From Pseudomonadota bacterium (lineage in GTDB: Bacteria > Desulfobacterota > Desulfobulbia > Desulfobulbales > SURF-16), in the NCBI GenBank assembly GCA_018816555.1, contig JAHIVT010000091.1:70484-134483 (forward strand): a stretch of 64,000 nucleotides of DNA. Reading direction: 5' to 3'. The translations under genes were made by a program, and so were the position numbers. Below are positions 19,045-28,868 of the stretch, one piece after another; the first letter of the stretch is position 1, and every line of letters begins with the position of its first letter. The notes under the pieces are model-generated. The model had not been told where the DNA came from, ran no database searches, and was given only the letters and a program-made list of their open reading frames with translations.

Positions 19045-19518
19045 ATGAAAGCGGAATTTCTCAATCCATTTCTGAGCGCCGCCAAGAGCGTCATAGAGAC
19101 GATGGCGCATCTGTCCGTCAGGGTAAAAGCCTTGTCCCTCAAGGAAAACAAAGCCACCTATGGAGTGATAACGGGTATCATCGGCTTGGCCTCGGAAACA
19201 ATCACCGGCACCATGGTCATCAGTTTTTCAGAGCCGTGTATTTTGAAAATCGTTTCCAACATGACCGGTGAACCGGAAAAAACGAAAATAGACGCTGAAG
19301 TGGTTGATGCCGTGGGCGAATTGACAAATATGATTTCCGGTGGCGCCAAAAATCAACTGGCCAAAATGAAAATGAAATTCGACCTTTCCCTACCCACCAC
19401 GATTGTCGGAAAAAATATCGATATCGGCTACCGTGCCAATACCCCGATCATTGTCATCCCGTTTATGACGGCAAGCGGTGAATTTGTGGTAGAGGCAAAT
19501 CTTGCTTTACGTACCTAG
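19045..19518 (+). CDS. cheX: chemotaxis phosphatase CheX
   Basis: MKAEFLNPFLSAAKSVIETM..., GELTNMISGGAK and a size of ~157 aa are typical of CheX. Confidence 0.85.
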   Translation: MKAEFLNPFLSAAKSVIETMAHLSVRVKALSLKENKATYGVITGIIGLASETITGTMVISFSEPCILKIVSNMTGEPEKTKIDAEVVDAVGELTNMISGGAKNQLAKMKMKFDLSLPTTIVGKNIDIGYRANTPIIVIPFMTASGEFVVEANLALRT

Positions 19519-19520
19519 CT

Positions 19521-19657
19521 GCCAGACAAGTCACGGCGAGGGGGCTGAGCGGGCCGCCAGGCAGGTCATCACTGCAGCCTGGCTGGGGGGATCTGGCCGG
19601 AAAACATGGGGGTGGTTGAGAGGATGGCTGCCCCATCCTGAACCAAGACACCTCCCG
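19521..19657 (+). pseudogene. degenerate, internally deleted copy of the 3' end of the Xaa-Pro aminopeptidase gene
   Basis: 19535-19588 aligns with 17707-17760 at 44 of 54 positions by hand. 19583-19655 aligns with 17893-17975, including an identical 18-mer GGAAAACATGGGGGTGGT. About 130 bp between the blocks is missing and there is no intact frame. Confidence 0.6.
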
Positions 19658-19661
19658 CCGC

Positions 19662-19707
19662 AAAAAAAAGGCCGTTGCGCGCTATCGGGCAACGGCCTTT
19701 CTGTCTT
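19662..19707. terminator. bidirectional intrinsic terminator (glnA / cheX side)
   Basis: A8 (19662-19669), then stem GGCCGTTGC (19670-19678) pairing with GCAACGGCC (19689-19697) around a 10-nt loop, then TTTCTGTCTT. This gives a U-tract on both strands. Confidence 0.8.
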
Positions 19708-19726
19708 CGTGGCTTTTAAAGCTGGC

Positions 19727-21058
19727 TTAGTAAATGCTCAGGTAATTATCCTTTTCCCAGTCGGTCACCGCGATCCGGTAGGAATCCCATTCCTTCTCCT
19801 TTGCCTCGATATATTTGTTGAAAATATGCTCGCCCAGTGTCAGTCTGGCAAGGGTACTTGTCTTGAGCTCGTCTATGGCCTCCTTGAGATTGGCCGGCAT
19901 TGAAGGAATGCCGGCAGCCTCTTTTTCACCGGCTGTCATGGCGAAAATATCCTGATTAACCGCCGGCGGAGCCTGCAGTTTGTTTTTAACGCCCTCAAGG
20001 CCTGAGTTGAGCATCATGGCCAGGGCCAGATAGGGATTACAGGTTGGATCCGGGCAGCGCACCTCGGTCCGGGTTCCAAGGCCCCTGGAGGCGGGAATAC
20101 GGATCAGGGCGGAGCGATTGGAGGCAGACCAGGCCACATAGACCGGAGCCTCATAGCCGGCCACCAGACGCTTGTAGGAGTTGACCAGCGGATTGGTCAC
20201 CGCGGCAAACCCCCTGGCATTTTTGAGAATGCCGGCAATGTAATGATAGGCGATTTCGCTGAGCTGCAGTGGCCCGTTGGCATCATAAAAGGCGTTGGTT
20301 CCGTCCAGATTGAACAGGGATTGATTGGTATGCATGCCCGAGCCGTTGATGCCGAAAACAGGCTTGGGCATAAAGGTGGCGTGCAGGCCGTATTTGGCGG
20401 CGATGGAACGCACAACCCATTTGAATGTCACCGTGTTGTCGGCGCAGGTCAGGGCATCGGCATATTTGAAATTGATCTCGTGCTGTCCTTCCGCCACCTC
20501 ATGATGGGATGCCTCGATCTCAAAGCCCATGGCCTCCAGGGTGAGGATGATCTCCCGGCGGGCGTCAATACCGCAGTCTTCCGGATCAACACTGAAGTAA
20601 CCGGCAACGTCGTGGGTTTTGGTGGTGGGATATTTTTTCTCGGTTTTCTCAAAAAAGAAGAACTCGCATTCCGTGCCTACTTTCATGGTGTATCCGAGTT
20701 CTCTGGCCTCGGCCAGCACCCTTTTGAGGTTGTTGCGGGGGCAGCCTTCAAACGGGGTTGTTCCGTCTGACCGGTAGACATCACAGATGATGCGGGCGGC
20801 GGAGGTACCCTCTTTGGTGCGCCACGGCAAAACGGTGAAGGTATCATAGTCGGGCTTGAGATACATATCCGACTCGTTGATCCTGACAAAGCCGTCAATG
20901 GAGGAACCGTCAAACATCATCTGGCCGTCCAGGGCCTTTTCGATCTGGCTGAGCGGCAGGGCGACGTTTTTCATAAAACCGAAGATGTCGACAAACTGCA
21001 GCCGGAAAAAGTGGACATTCTGTTCTTTAATGATCTTCATTATTTCATCGCGGGTCAT
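19727..21058 (-). CDS. glnA: glutamine synthetase type I
   Basis: 443 aa with FRLQFVDIFG, MFDGSSI, GSGMHTNQS and NPYLA motifs. Confidence 0.95.
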   Translation of the reverse strand: MTRDEIMKIIKEQNVHFFRLQFVDIFGFMKNVALPLSQIEKALDGQMMFDGSSIDGFVRINESDMYLKPDYDTFTVLPWRTKEGTSAARIICDVYRSDGTTPFEGCPRNNLKRVLAEARELGYTMKVGTECEFFFFEKTEKKYPTTKTHDVAGYFSVDPEDCGIDARREIILTLEAMGFEIEASHHEVAEGQHEINFKYADALTCADNTVTFKWVVRSIAAKYGLHATFMPKPVFGINGSGMHTNQSLFNLDGTNAFYDANGPLQLSEIAYHYIAGILKNARGFAAVTNPLVNSYKRLVAGYEAPVYVAWSASNRSALIRIPASRGLGTRTEVRCPDPTCNPYLALAMMLNSGLEGVKNKLQAPPAVNQDIFAMTAGEKEAAGIPSMPANLKEAIDELKTSTLARLTLGEHIFNKYIEAKEKEWDSYRIAVTDWEKDNYLSIY

Positions 21059-21539
21059 GGGGCTGTCTCCTTTGGGTTGAAAATGGATTATTGCGTCGAT
21101 TCTTTAGGGGCGTGCTGTGTTAATCAGGTCAGGTAACCTCGGAGAAAAGAAATATGAGGGGACAGATCAAGGGCAGGCGCAGGTGGTAAAGGGAAGCGGG
21201 AAAATATGTGCACGAAAAGCATCATCAGACAGGGCTAAGCAGCAGAGCGCCTGAGTGAACCAAAACCGACCTTTACTGCATACGCTTGCCAGTGGCCATG
21301 CCCTCCGGGTTGATGCCAACTCTGGGTCCTTTTTGCGCCACAGGTAGTAAAACTTTTTATAATTACCGTAATTTTCCCTGGGATAAGAAATTTTTTTTCA
21401 GAGAGAATGCTAAAAAAACAGGTTTAGGGCACGTGCGGCAGAATATATGGGGGAAACCTGCCGATAAACACGGGGAAAATACTCATCCTCTCAGGTTATC
21501 ATCTACCTGAAACTGAATGCTGATCAGGGGAATTTTTTG

Positions 21540-22100
21540 TTACCAGTAGCGGACTCGGCCAACATCAACATGAATAAATTCGGATTCCGGGTAGTAACCG
21601 ACTCCGCCTTTTTTCAGTTCAACAGCAGCGGTCAGCAGGTTTTCAAGTTTGCGGCCGGGTAGCCGGATATCCACTGCCTTGCCGCAGGTGTGCATACTGT
21701 TTTTCGCCACCCCTCTGCTGCGTTTGCGCAAGATACTGTTTGTTTTGGGGGAGCGATAGCCGGAAATGATGTGGAAGGGCTCACGGGTACCAAACTCTCC
21801 ATGGAGAACGTACAGTAAATCCAGGAGTTTCGTGTCGATCTTTTTGATATCGCCGGTACGATGATCCCGCAGAATGCGGTTGATATCAGCCAGCGCGCCG
21901 GGAACATATCTGCCCTGGCACCAGTAGATTGACCGCAGTTTTTCACCGGTATGGGTGCTATAGAAGGAAAGAGATCTTTCCGGGGTAATCATTTTTCGCA
22001 CCGCTCCGCACGCCTCAAAGGGAATGGCGCTTGACAGGGCGGTGATGAGACCTAAGGTAATAAATCCTCTTCTGCTTAAACTGTGCTGAAATCCGTTCAT
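21540..22100 (-). CDS. DUF882 / peptidase M15A family protein (YcbK/MepK-like murein endopeptidase), Tat signal
   Basis: Twin-arginine leader SRRGFITLG. Body motifs SGYRSP, HTCGKAVDIRLPG and GVGYYP...FIHVD. Confidence 0.85.
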   Translation of the reverse strand: MNGFQHSLSRRGFITLGLITALSSAIPFEACGAVRKMITPERSLSFYSTHTGEKLRSIYWCQGRYVPGALADINRILRDHRTGDIKKIDTKLLDLLYVLHGEFGTREPFHIISGYRSPKTNSILRKRSRGVAKNSMHTCGKAVDIRLPGRKLENLLTAAVELKKGGVGYYPESEFIHVDVGRVRYW

Positions 22101-22273
22101 TTGTTATGGAGCCTCTCAGGATTTTGCCCGGTTTCAGGTCATAGGTGGATGGATGAAACAGCCTGCATGAAAGCCACGAATTAAATCATAGCATATTACA
22201 TGCCCCTGGCAAAGCAAATGTTGCTGCAGCCTTACGTGAAAATGGGCTGCCGATATCACGTTCTCGGGAAAGG

Positions 22274-23995
22274 TCACGGCGCCTTCGCGTTGTTTTCATT
22301 TTTTGTAGGAGGGTTTATGGGCAGCGATTCATCAAGCATGATATCTCTTCCGTAAATATCATCCCGGAATTGCAGAATATTATTGTCATCAACCCAGGCG
22401 GTCAGATAGATGAGATGAACGGGAACAGGTTGGGGCAGGTTCACGGTCTGTTCATTGCCCTCTTTTATGGCGGCGAGAATTTGCTCCCTTGTCCACTTTT
22501 TGCTGTCGCGCAACAGATAGACCGCAAGCTCAACCGGCTTTTCGATGCGGATGCAGCCGTGGCTGAAGGCCCGGACATTTCGTTGAAAAAGCCCCTTATG
22601 GGGGGAGTCGTGCAGATAGACGTCAAACTGGTTGGGAAAGATGAATTTGATGCTGCCCAGGGGGTTCCGGGGGCCGGGGTCCTGTCGCAATTGGTAGGGG
22701 AAGTAGTCGATATTCAAGCGCGACCAGGCAATGGACTGCAGTTTTTTGTCATCAATGGTGTTGCCGTTCTGCAGCACTCTGATGTTGTTTTTGAACAGAT
22801 ATTGATGATCCTTACGGATCTTCGGCAGGATTTCCTCAACCGCAATGCTCCTGGGGATGTTCCATGAAGGGTTCAGCACCACATAGCTCATTTTCCGGCT
22901 GAACACCGGCGTATTCCAGAAAGGTTTGCCCACCACCACCGGCATGGTCAGCACAGTTGTGCCCTCATCCACCACATCAAGGGCAAAGTTTGCTATATTG
23001 ACCAGGAGATAGCGTTTGCCGGGGTTTCTGAAACTCCAGCGCAGCCGTTCCAGGTTGATCTCTATCTGGCGCACCCGTTTTGCCGGTGAAACATTCAAGG
23101 CGCCGAAGGTTTGCGCACCGATGACACCGTCGGCATCCAGACCGTGTCTTTTCTGGAAGCTGAGCACCGCCTTGGCCAAGCCCGCATCAAAAAGCTCATC
23201 CCCCATGTTTTCCCCGGCCGGTAGATCGCCTAAAATCGCCAGTCGCTGCCTGATGGCCGGTATTCTCTTGTCGTGCGTCCCCTGTTTAAACGGTGGTTTC
23301 GCTGGGGCGATCAAAGGCCACTCCTTATTTTGCGTCGCCAGCAACCGATACTGGGCCAAGCCCTGACGTAGTCTGGTGTAAAGCTTTTCTTTCGGCGTCA
23401 GATCGCTCAATGTCTCTTTGATGCGGTTTTGCCTGAGGGATTTTTCCAGAACCGCTGTCACGTCCTTTTTTTCATTGTGGGCGAACCATTCCGCCTTGAG
23501 CATGATGGGGTTGATGCAGCCGTTGGAAAGATGGCAACTCAGCAGGAGAAAGGTGTCGGTAAGCAGTACATCAAGATCAGCCACCATAGCGGGATCAGGA
23601 TCACTATTCTCCGGTCTTGCCCGAAGTTGGCCCAGTAACAAGGCAATGGCCTTGATGTGGTAGTATTCAGGTGGCAATCCTTCCAGGTCTGCCTCATGAA
23701 TGGCACTGAGCAGGGCATCAGCCTGGGGAAAGCGGTTGTCGCTGCCTGTCCAGGCCGGTTGGAAATCCCGTTTGCGGTAAAATACGGCAGCCATATCAAA
23801 GGAATAGACGGATTCTTCCCCGGCGGTCACCCAGGAGCGGGCATCTTCGTTGGTGAATCTCTCTTTGATGAGATCTGTGGCAGTCAAGGCTTGTGGCTCT
23901 TCGGCCCGGGAGAGCTGCACGGCTGAGAAAAGTACCTGGGTGAGGAGGCTGCACATGAGCAGGGACATGATCATGCGGGCATGGCGGGTGAACAT
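22274..23995 (-). CDS. L,D-transpeptidase (YcbB/LdtD-like) with peptidoglycan-binding domain
   Basis: Signal peptide, PG-binding repeat (AVLSFQKRHGLDADGVIG) and YkuD catalytic motif (YLHDSP...SHGCIRI). Confidence 0.9.
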   Translation of the reverse strand: MFTRHARMIMSLLMCSLLTQVLFSAVQLSRAEEPQALTATDLIKERFTNEDARSWVTAGEESVYSFDMAAVFYRKRDFQPAWTGSDNRFPQADALLSAIHEADLEGLPPEYYHIKAIALLLGQLRARPENSDPDPAMVADLDVLLTDTFLLLSCHLSNGCINPIMLKAEWFAHNEKKDVTAVLEKSLRQNRIKETLSDLTPKEKLYTRLRQGLAQYRLLATQNKEWPLIAPAKPPFKQGTHDKRIPAIRQRLAILGDLPAGENMGDELFDAGLAKAVLSFQKRHGLDADGVIGAQTFGALNVSPAKRVRQIEINLERLRWSFRNPGKRYLLVNIANFALDVVDEGTTVLTMPVVVGKPFWNTPVFSRKMSYVVLNPSWNIPRSIAVEEILPKIRKDHQYLFKNNIRVLQNGNTIDDKKLQSIAWSRLNIDYFPYQLRQDPGPRNPLGSIKFIFPNQFDVYLHDSPHKGLFQRNVRAFSHGCIRIEKPVELAVYLLRDSKKWTREQILAAIKEGNEQTVNLPQPVPVHLIYLTAWVDDNNILQFRDDIYGRDIMLDESLPINPPTKNENNAKAP

Positions 23996-24037
23996 TGTCT
24001 ATCCTTGCCGATTCATGGTTTGCGCCGGGCTGGTTTT

Positions 24038-24700
24038 TCAGTCAACAAGCAGGGGTTCGAATTGCCGTAAAGGGCATAGCTGGCAGCGGGGCATGCTTTT
24101 TTTGCAGTACTCCTTACCCAGCCGCACGATCAGCGCGTGAAATTCATTGAAAAGTTTTACATCGGCGGGCAGGTTGTCCATGAACAGTTCCTGCATCTCG
24201 ACGTAGTCTGTTTCTTCACCGATGAGGCCATGGCGCGTCAGCATGCGGTATGTATAGGCATCCACCACAAAAACGGGCTTCTGTGCGGCATAGAGCAGGA
24301 TGGAGTCTGCGGTTTCCGGGCCGATCCCCTTGACGGAGAGGAGCTTTTCCCTCAGGCTGATTGTTTCAAGGCTGAAAAAGCGATCCAGATCACCGGCGGG
24401 CTCTTCCTGGCTGACCAGGACCAGCAGGTTTTTGAGTCGGCGAGCTTTCAGGTTGAAGTAACCGGATGGCCGGATTTTTTCCGCAAGCACGGCTTCCGGC
24501 AGGCTTGCGAGTGCGGCAAGGGAGAGGAGATTTTCTTCTCGTAAATTTCCTATGGCCCGACTGACATTGGTCCAGTTGGTATTCTGGGTAAGCACGGCCC
24601 CCACCATCACCTCGAAGGGGGTCTCCCCCGGCCACCAATGCTGCGGGCCGAAATGGTCAAGAAGAGCGGTGTAGATAGTGACAAGAGTGGACACTGTCAA
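24038..24700 (-). CDS. endonuclease III-related HhH-GPD family protein
   Basis: VLTQNTNW, an HhH motif (VKGIGPETADSILLY) and a C-terminal Cys cluster (CKKSMPRCQLCP). Confidence 0.8.
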   Translation of the reverse strand: MTVSTLVTIYTALLDHFGPQHWWPGETPFEVMVGAVLTQNTNWTNVSRAIGNLREENLLSLAALASLPEAVLAEKIRPSGYFNLKARRLKNLLVLVSQEEPAGDLDRFFSLETISLREKLLSVKGIGPETADSILLYAAQKPVFVVDAYTYRMLTRHGLIGEETDYVEMQELFMDNLPADVKLFNEFHALIVRLGKEYCKKSMPRCQLCPLRQFEPLLVD

Positions 24701-25029
24701 TCAGAACGTATGAAAAAGAGATAGACCAGCAGCACGATCACCAACATGCCGACGCCTGCCACGGGCAGAACCTTGCTGAGCTGCAGCTCGCCACCGATCA
24801 CCAGCTGCTGGGCATAGCTGGTGCCGGTGAACCACCAGACGCCGATGGCCATGGCGGTGCACACCAGACTGTTCAGCGCCTGTTTGTAGAACCACCAGCC
24901 AATCTGGGCGATGAAGGGCACGAGAAACCAGGGATTGGTAAAGAGACCTTTGACATCAACCTGCCGTATTTGCTCAAGCAACTGGGTGTAGTTGATAAAA
25001 TCCACCACAGGCGTGAAAATATCAGTCAT
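24697..25029 (-). CDS. small integral membrane protein, unknown
   Basis: 110 aa with 3 predicted hydrophobic helices. It overlaps the downstream start by 4 nt. Confidence 0.55.
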   Translation of the reverse strand: MTDIFTPVVDFINYTQLLEQIRQVDVKGLFTNPWFLVPFIAQIGWWFYKQALNSLVCTAMAIGVWWFTGTSYAQQLVIGGELQLSKVLPVAGVGMLVIVLLVYLFFIRSD

Positions 25030-25049
25030 GAAAGACCTCCGAAAGCATA

Positions 25050-26357
25050 TTATTTATCCGTGCCGCCGCGACCGGGCAAGGTCGCTTTCTTATAAACCTT
25101 GATGGCACAGTAGGAACCGCACATGCTGCAGGCGTCTCCTTTATAGGAGTTCCCCTCCTCACGATAGCGCAGAGCCTTGTCAGGATCAAGGGACAATTCG
25201 ATCTGGCCTTTCCAGTCCAGCCGGTTACGGCATTTGGCCATGGCGATATCCTTGTCAAGAGCGCCGGGCACACCCTTGGCAATGTCTGCTGCGTGGGCGG
25301 CGATGCGGGAGGCGATAACCCCATCCCGCACATCCTCGGCTGAAGGTAGTTTGAGGTGTTCGGCCGGGGTGACGTAGCAGAGATAATCAGCCCCGGCGGC
25401 AGCGGCAATGGCCCCGCCGATGGCGCCGGTGATATGATCATAGCCGGGGGCGATATCCGTCACCAGGGGTCCGAGAACATAGAAGGGGGCGCCGTGGCAG
25501 AGACGCTTCTGCAGCAGCATGTTGGCCTGGATCTGATCCATGGGCATATGGCCCGGCCCCTCGATAATGACCTGCACGCCGGCATCCCAGGCCCGCAGGG
25601 TCAGTTCGCCGAGATGGATCAGTTCCTGGATCTGGCCCCGATCGGTGGCGTCGGCCAGACAGCCGGGCCGCAGGCCGTCGCCCAGGCTGATGGTCACTTC
25701 ATGTTCTTTCAGGATGGCCATGATCTGATCAAAGTGCTCATAAAAGGGGTTTTCCTTGTTGTTGTATGCCATCCATTCAATGGTAAAGGAGCCTCCCCGG
25801 CTGACCACCCCCATGAGGCGCTCGTGGTTCTGCAATCTGGTCAGGGAATCCCTGGTCAGGCCACAGTGAATGGTCATGAAATCAACACCGTCTCTGGCCT
25901 GCTGCTCGATGGTGGCCAGCATCTGATCAACGGTCACTTCGCCGATTTCCTTTTTCTGCCGCTCCACCACATCGGCCACGGTCTGGTAGACCGGCACGGT
26001 GCCAAGGGGAACGGGACAGCGGGCAAGAATTCCTCTGCGCACCTCGTTGAGGTTTTCTCCCATGCTGAGATCCATGACGGTATCGGCGCCGGCCCTCAGG
26101 GAAACACAGAGCTTTTCCAGTTCCTGTTCCAGGCCGGGCATGTCACGGGATGCACCGATATTGGCATTGACCTTGGTGGCAAGGCCCTTGCCTACAGCCA
26201 TGATTCTCTCGAAATCATGGCTTTTATTCTTGGGAATGGCAATGACGCCCTGGGCCACTCCTTCCATCAATAGCTGCGGCGATATCCCTTCATTCTTTGC
26301 GCATTGCTCGAAAATGGAAGTCATTTTCCCATTTATGGCATCTTCTCTTATCGTCAT
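25050..26357 (-). CDS. thiC: phosphomethylpyrimidine synthase ThiC
   Basis: IMAVGKGLATKVNANIG, IIEGPGHMP and a C-terminal CSMCGSYC cluster motif. Confidence 0.95.
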   Translation of the reverse strand: MTIREDAINGKMTSIFEQCAKNEGISPQLLMEGVAQGVIAIPKNKSHDFERIMAVGKGLATKVNANIGASRDMPGLEQELEKLCVSLRAGADTVMDLSMGENLNEVRRGILARCPVPLGTVPVYQTVADVVERQKKEIGEVTVDQMLATIEQQARDGVDFMTIHCGLTRDSLTRLQNHERLMGVVSRGGSFTIEWMAYNNKENPFYEHFDQIMAILKEHEVTISLGDGLRPGCLADATDRGQIQELIHLGELTLRAWDAGVQVIIEGPGHMPMDQIQANMLLQKRLCHGAPFYVLGPLVTDIAPGYDHITGAIGGAIAAAAGADYLCYVTPAEHLKLPSAEDVRDGVIASRIAAHAADIAKGVPGALDKDIAMAKCRNRLDWKGQIELSLDPDKALRYREEGNSYKGDACSMCGSYCAIKVYKKATLPGRGGTDK

Positions 26358-26588
26358 CTATTTTCTTCTCCTTATTGCCGTGGTCAGGAAATAAGCCTTG
26401 AAACAGCAGGGGCTGCTGCAACGCAGATTGCTACGCGAACAGTCTCTGCAAGACCGGCAAAATTGGCAGGTTGGGGTATGGGTGGTTGATTATATAATAA
26501 GTTATGTAATGAAAAGATTGAAATAATACCAGCGACCCTGTAGGGATGCAACTTAAAAAAAAGAGAACCGTTCCTGACAATGCCAGGG

Positions 26589-26616
26589 TTGACAGCCCCG
26601 GTTTGATGATTATCTT
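26589..26616 (+). promoter_or_regulatory. candidate promoter of htpG (TTGACA-16-TATCTT)
   Basis: TTGACA at 26589-26594 and TATCTT at 26611-26616, about 100 nt upstream of the likely htpG start. Confidence 0.4.
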
Positions 26617-26716
26617 ACGTTCACAAATTCATCTGCGTACCCTTATCAGGGTTGCGTCAATAAGCTTACCTCACATGACAGGATCAAAGATAAAATCAGT
26701 TCAACGGAGTATGGCA

Positions 26717-28594
26717 ATGACAGGAAAAACGGAAACAAAAGAATTTCAGGCTGAAGTCAAAAAGCTGCTCGATATCGTCATTCATTCGCTTTATACGGAA
26801 AAAGAGATATTTCTGCGGGAACTTATCTCAAACTCCGCCGATGCCCTGGAAAAATTCCGACACCAGAAGCTTATGGAAGAAGAGGTGTTCGATGCCGACG
26901 CTTCCCTGGAAATAAATATCAGTGTCAATGACCAGGAGCACACCCTGACCGTCACCGATTCGGGTATCGGCATGACCCGGGACGAACTGGAGCATAATCT
27001 CGGCACCATCGCCCATTCCGGTTCCAAGACCTTTCTTACCGAGCTGGATCAGGCCCAACAGAAAGAGGTCAACCTGATCGGCCAGTTCGGCGTGGGCTTT
27101 TATTCGGCCTTTATGGTGGCCAAAAGGGTGCGGGTCCAGTCCCGTTCCTACCAGGTTGATGCGGAGGGTTATGAGTGGTCGTCCGACGGCACCGGCAGCT
27201 TTACCCTTAACCCGGAAAGCGGGCTGCACCGGGGCACCAAGGTGATTATCGAGCTTACCGACGATGCCTTTGATTACGCCAAAGAGGAAACCATCAAACG
27301 CATCATCAAACAGTACTCAAATTTTGTCAGTTTTCCCATCAAGGTGGGAGGCGAGACGGTCAACACGGTGCAGGCCCTGTGGACCAAGAGCAAGGACGAC
27401 ATCAAGGCCGAAGAGTACAACGAATTTTACAAGTTCATTGCCAATGCCTTTGATGAGCCGATGAGCTATTTTCATTTCAGCGCCGATGCCCCCCTGGCCA
27501 TCAAGGCCCTGCTCTTTGTGCCCGAGGATAATATCGAGCTGATGGGTTTCGGCCGCCTGGAGCCCGGAGTCAGCCTTTACTGCCAGAAGGTGCTCATCGA
27601 GCAGCACAGCAAAAACATCCTGCCCGAATGGCTGCGTTTTCTCAAGGGGGTGGTTGACAGTGAGGACCTGCCCCTGAATATCTCCCGCCAGGCCCTGCAG
27701 GATAACGCCCTGGTGGCCAAACTGAAAAAGGTCATCACCAGCCGCTTCCTCAAATTCCTCAAGGATCAGGCCAAAAACGAGGCCGAACAGTATGAAAAAT
27801 TCTGGAAGACCTTCGGCATCTTTCTCAAAGAAGGGGCCACCATGGATTATACCCACCGGGATGATCTGGCCAAACTGCTCCGGTTTGAGTCATCAAAGTC
27901 AGAGGAAGGCAAACTTATCGCACTCGACGATTACATCGGCCGGATGAAGGAAGGCCAGGATGACATTTACTACATCAACGGCCCGACCCGCCACGCCATC
28001 GAAACGGGTCCCTATTCCGAGGTGTTCAAGCGGCGGGACGTGGAAATCATCTATACCATGGAGCCCATTGATGACTTTGTCTTCAGCCATCTGCATGAGT
28101 ATGAGGGCAAGAAGCTGGTTTCCGCCGATCGGGCTGACTTGAAATTGCCGGAAAAAACCGGGGAGGACAAGGAGGAGAAAGAGGCGGCTGCAGCCGAGAA
28201 ACTTGACGAGCCCATTGCCCAGACCCTGACCAAATGGATGAAGGATACCCTGGGCGACAAGGTCAAGGAGGTGGCCATCTCCAACAGGCTGGTGGACAGC
28301 CCGGCCATGATCGTCAATCCGGACGGCTTTTTCACCAGCAGCATGGAACGGGTCATGCGGGCCACCAACACGGAGCATAAAATAGCAGGCAAGAACCTGG
28401 AGATCAACACCGGGCATCCCCTGATCAAGGGCCTGGCGGACATGCGGATGGCGGACGAGGAATTTGCCAAAACCATAGTCAAACAGATCTATGATAATGC
28501 CATGATCCAGGCCGGCCTGATGATTGAGCCCCGGGACATGGTGGAGCGCAGTTATCAGATCCTGGAGCGGGCGGTGCAGAAGAAAAGCGAGTGA
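26717..28594 (+). CDS. htpG: molecular chaperone HtpG (Hsp90)
   Basis: EFQAEVKKLLDIVIHSLYTEKEIFLRELISNSADAL and GQFGVGFYSAF motifs. ATG 26717 is 7 nt after GGAG; the ORF track extends upstream to 26546. Confidence 0.95.
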   Translation: MTGKTETKEFQAEVKKLLDIVIHSLYTEKEIFLRELISNSADALEKFRHQKLMEEEVFDADASLEINISVNDQEHTLTVTDSGIGMTRDELEHNLGTIAHSGSKTFLTELDQAQQKEVNLIGQFGVGFYSAFMVAKRVRVQSRSYQVDAEGYEWSSDGTGSFTLNPESGLHRGTKVIIELTDDAFDYAKEETIKRIIKQYSNFVSFPIKVGGETVNTVQALWTKSKDDIKAEEYNEFYKFIANAFDEPMSYFHFSADAPLAIKALLFVPEDNIELMGFGRLEPGVSLYCQKVLIEQHSKNILPEWLRFLKGVVDSEDLPLNISRQALQDNALVAKLKKVITSRFLKFLKDQAKNEAEQYEKFWKTFGIFLKEGATMDYTHRDDLAKLLRFESSKSEEGKLIALDDYIGRMKEGQDDIYYINGPTRHAIETGPYSEVFKRRDVEIIYTMEPIDDFVFSHLHEYEGKKLVSADRADLKLPEKTGEDKEEKEAAAAEKLDEPIAQTLTKWMKDTLGDKVKEVAISNRLVDSPAMIVNPDGFFTSSMERVMRATNTEHKIAGKNLEINTGHPLIKGLADMRMADEEFAKTIVKQIYDNAMIQAGLMIEPRDMVERSYQILERAVQKKSE

Positions 28595-28649
28595 GTGTTG
28601 CTGAGCGAATCGCGGAGCTCCATCGTCCCCAAAACTTCCTGAAACGTGC

Positions 28650-28681
28650 GGCTGGTCAGGTCATTCCCGACCTGACCAGCC
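28650..28681 (+). terminator. 13-bp perfect hairpin downstream of htpG (terminator-like)
   Basis: GGCTGGTCAGGTC / GACCTGACCAGCC with a 6-nt loop, 56 nt after the htpG stop. There is no immediate U-tract, so the call is tentative. Confidence 0.45.
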
Positions 28682-28868
28682 GGTGCGGCACGTCGTCCTT
28701 TTCGGTCTCCTAATAGAGCCTGCTCTTTCCTGTCGCCGATCCCCTTGACGCCGATCAAATTTTCATCATACAAAGCCAACCGCACAAAAACGAAGTACAG
28801 GGTCACGCCTGCTTTATGCGCTTGGCAGAATTGGTATTGCCGAAAGGCGGCTCGGCTCCTATCTCCTG

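Noticed and set aside
21277-21292. Possible sigma54 promoter for glnA (minus strand reads CTGGCA-AGCGT-ATGCA).
   Set aside because: The GG-to-GC distance is 11 rather than the invariant 12 (TGGCAC-N5-TTGCA), and the -24 element is imperfect.
21286-21510. 74-aa ORF in the glnA upstream region.
   Set aside because: It has no RBS and atypical composition, and it lies in a probable regulatory region. Treated as non-coding.
26358-26540. Expected TPP (THI-box) riboswitch in the thiC leader.
   Set aside because: The reverse complement lacks the conserved CUGAGA...ACCUGAUCUGGAUAAUGCCAGCG core; only a vague CAGAGAC is present. A covariance-model scan (Rfam RF00059) would be decisive, and I cannot support the call by eye.
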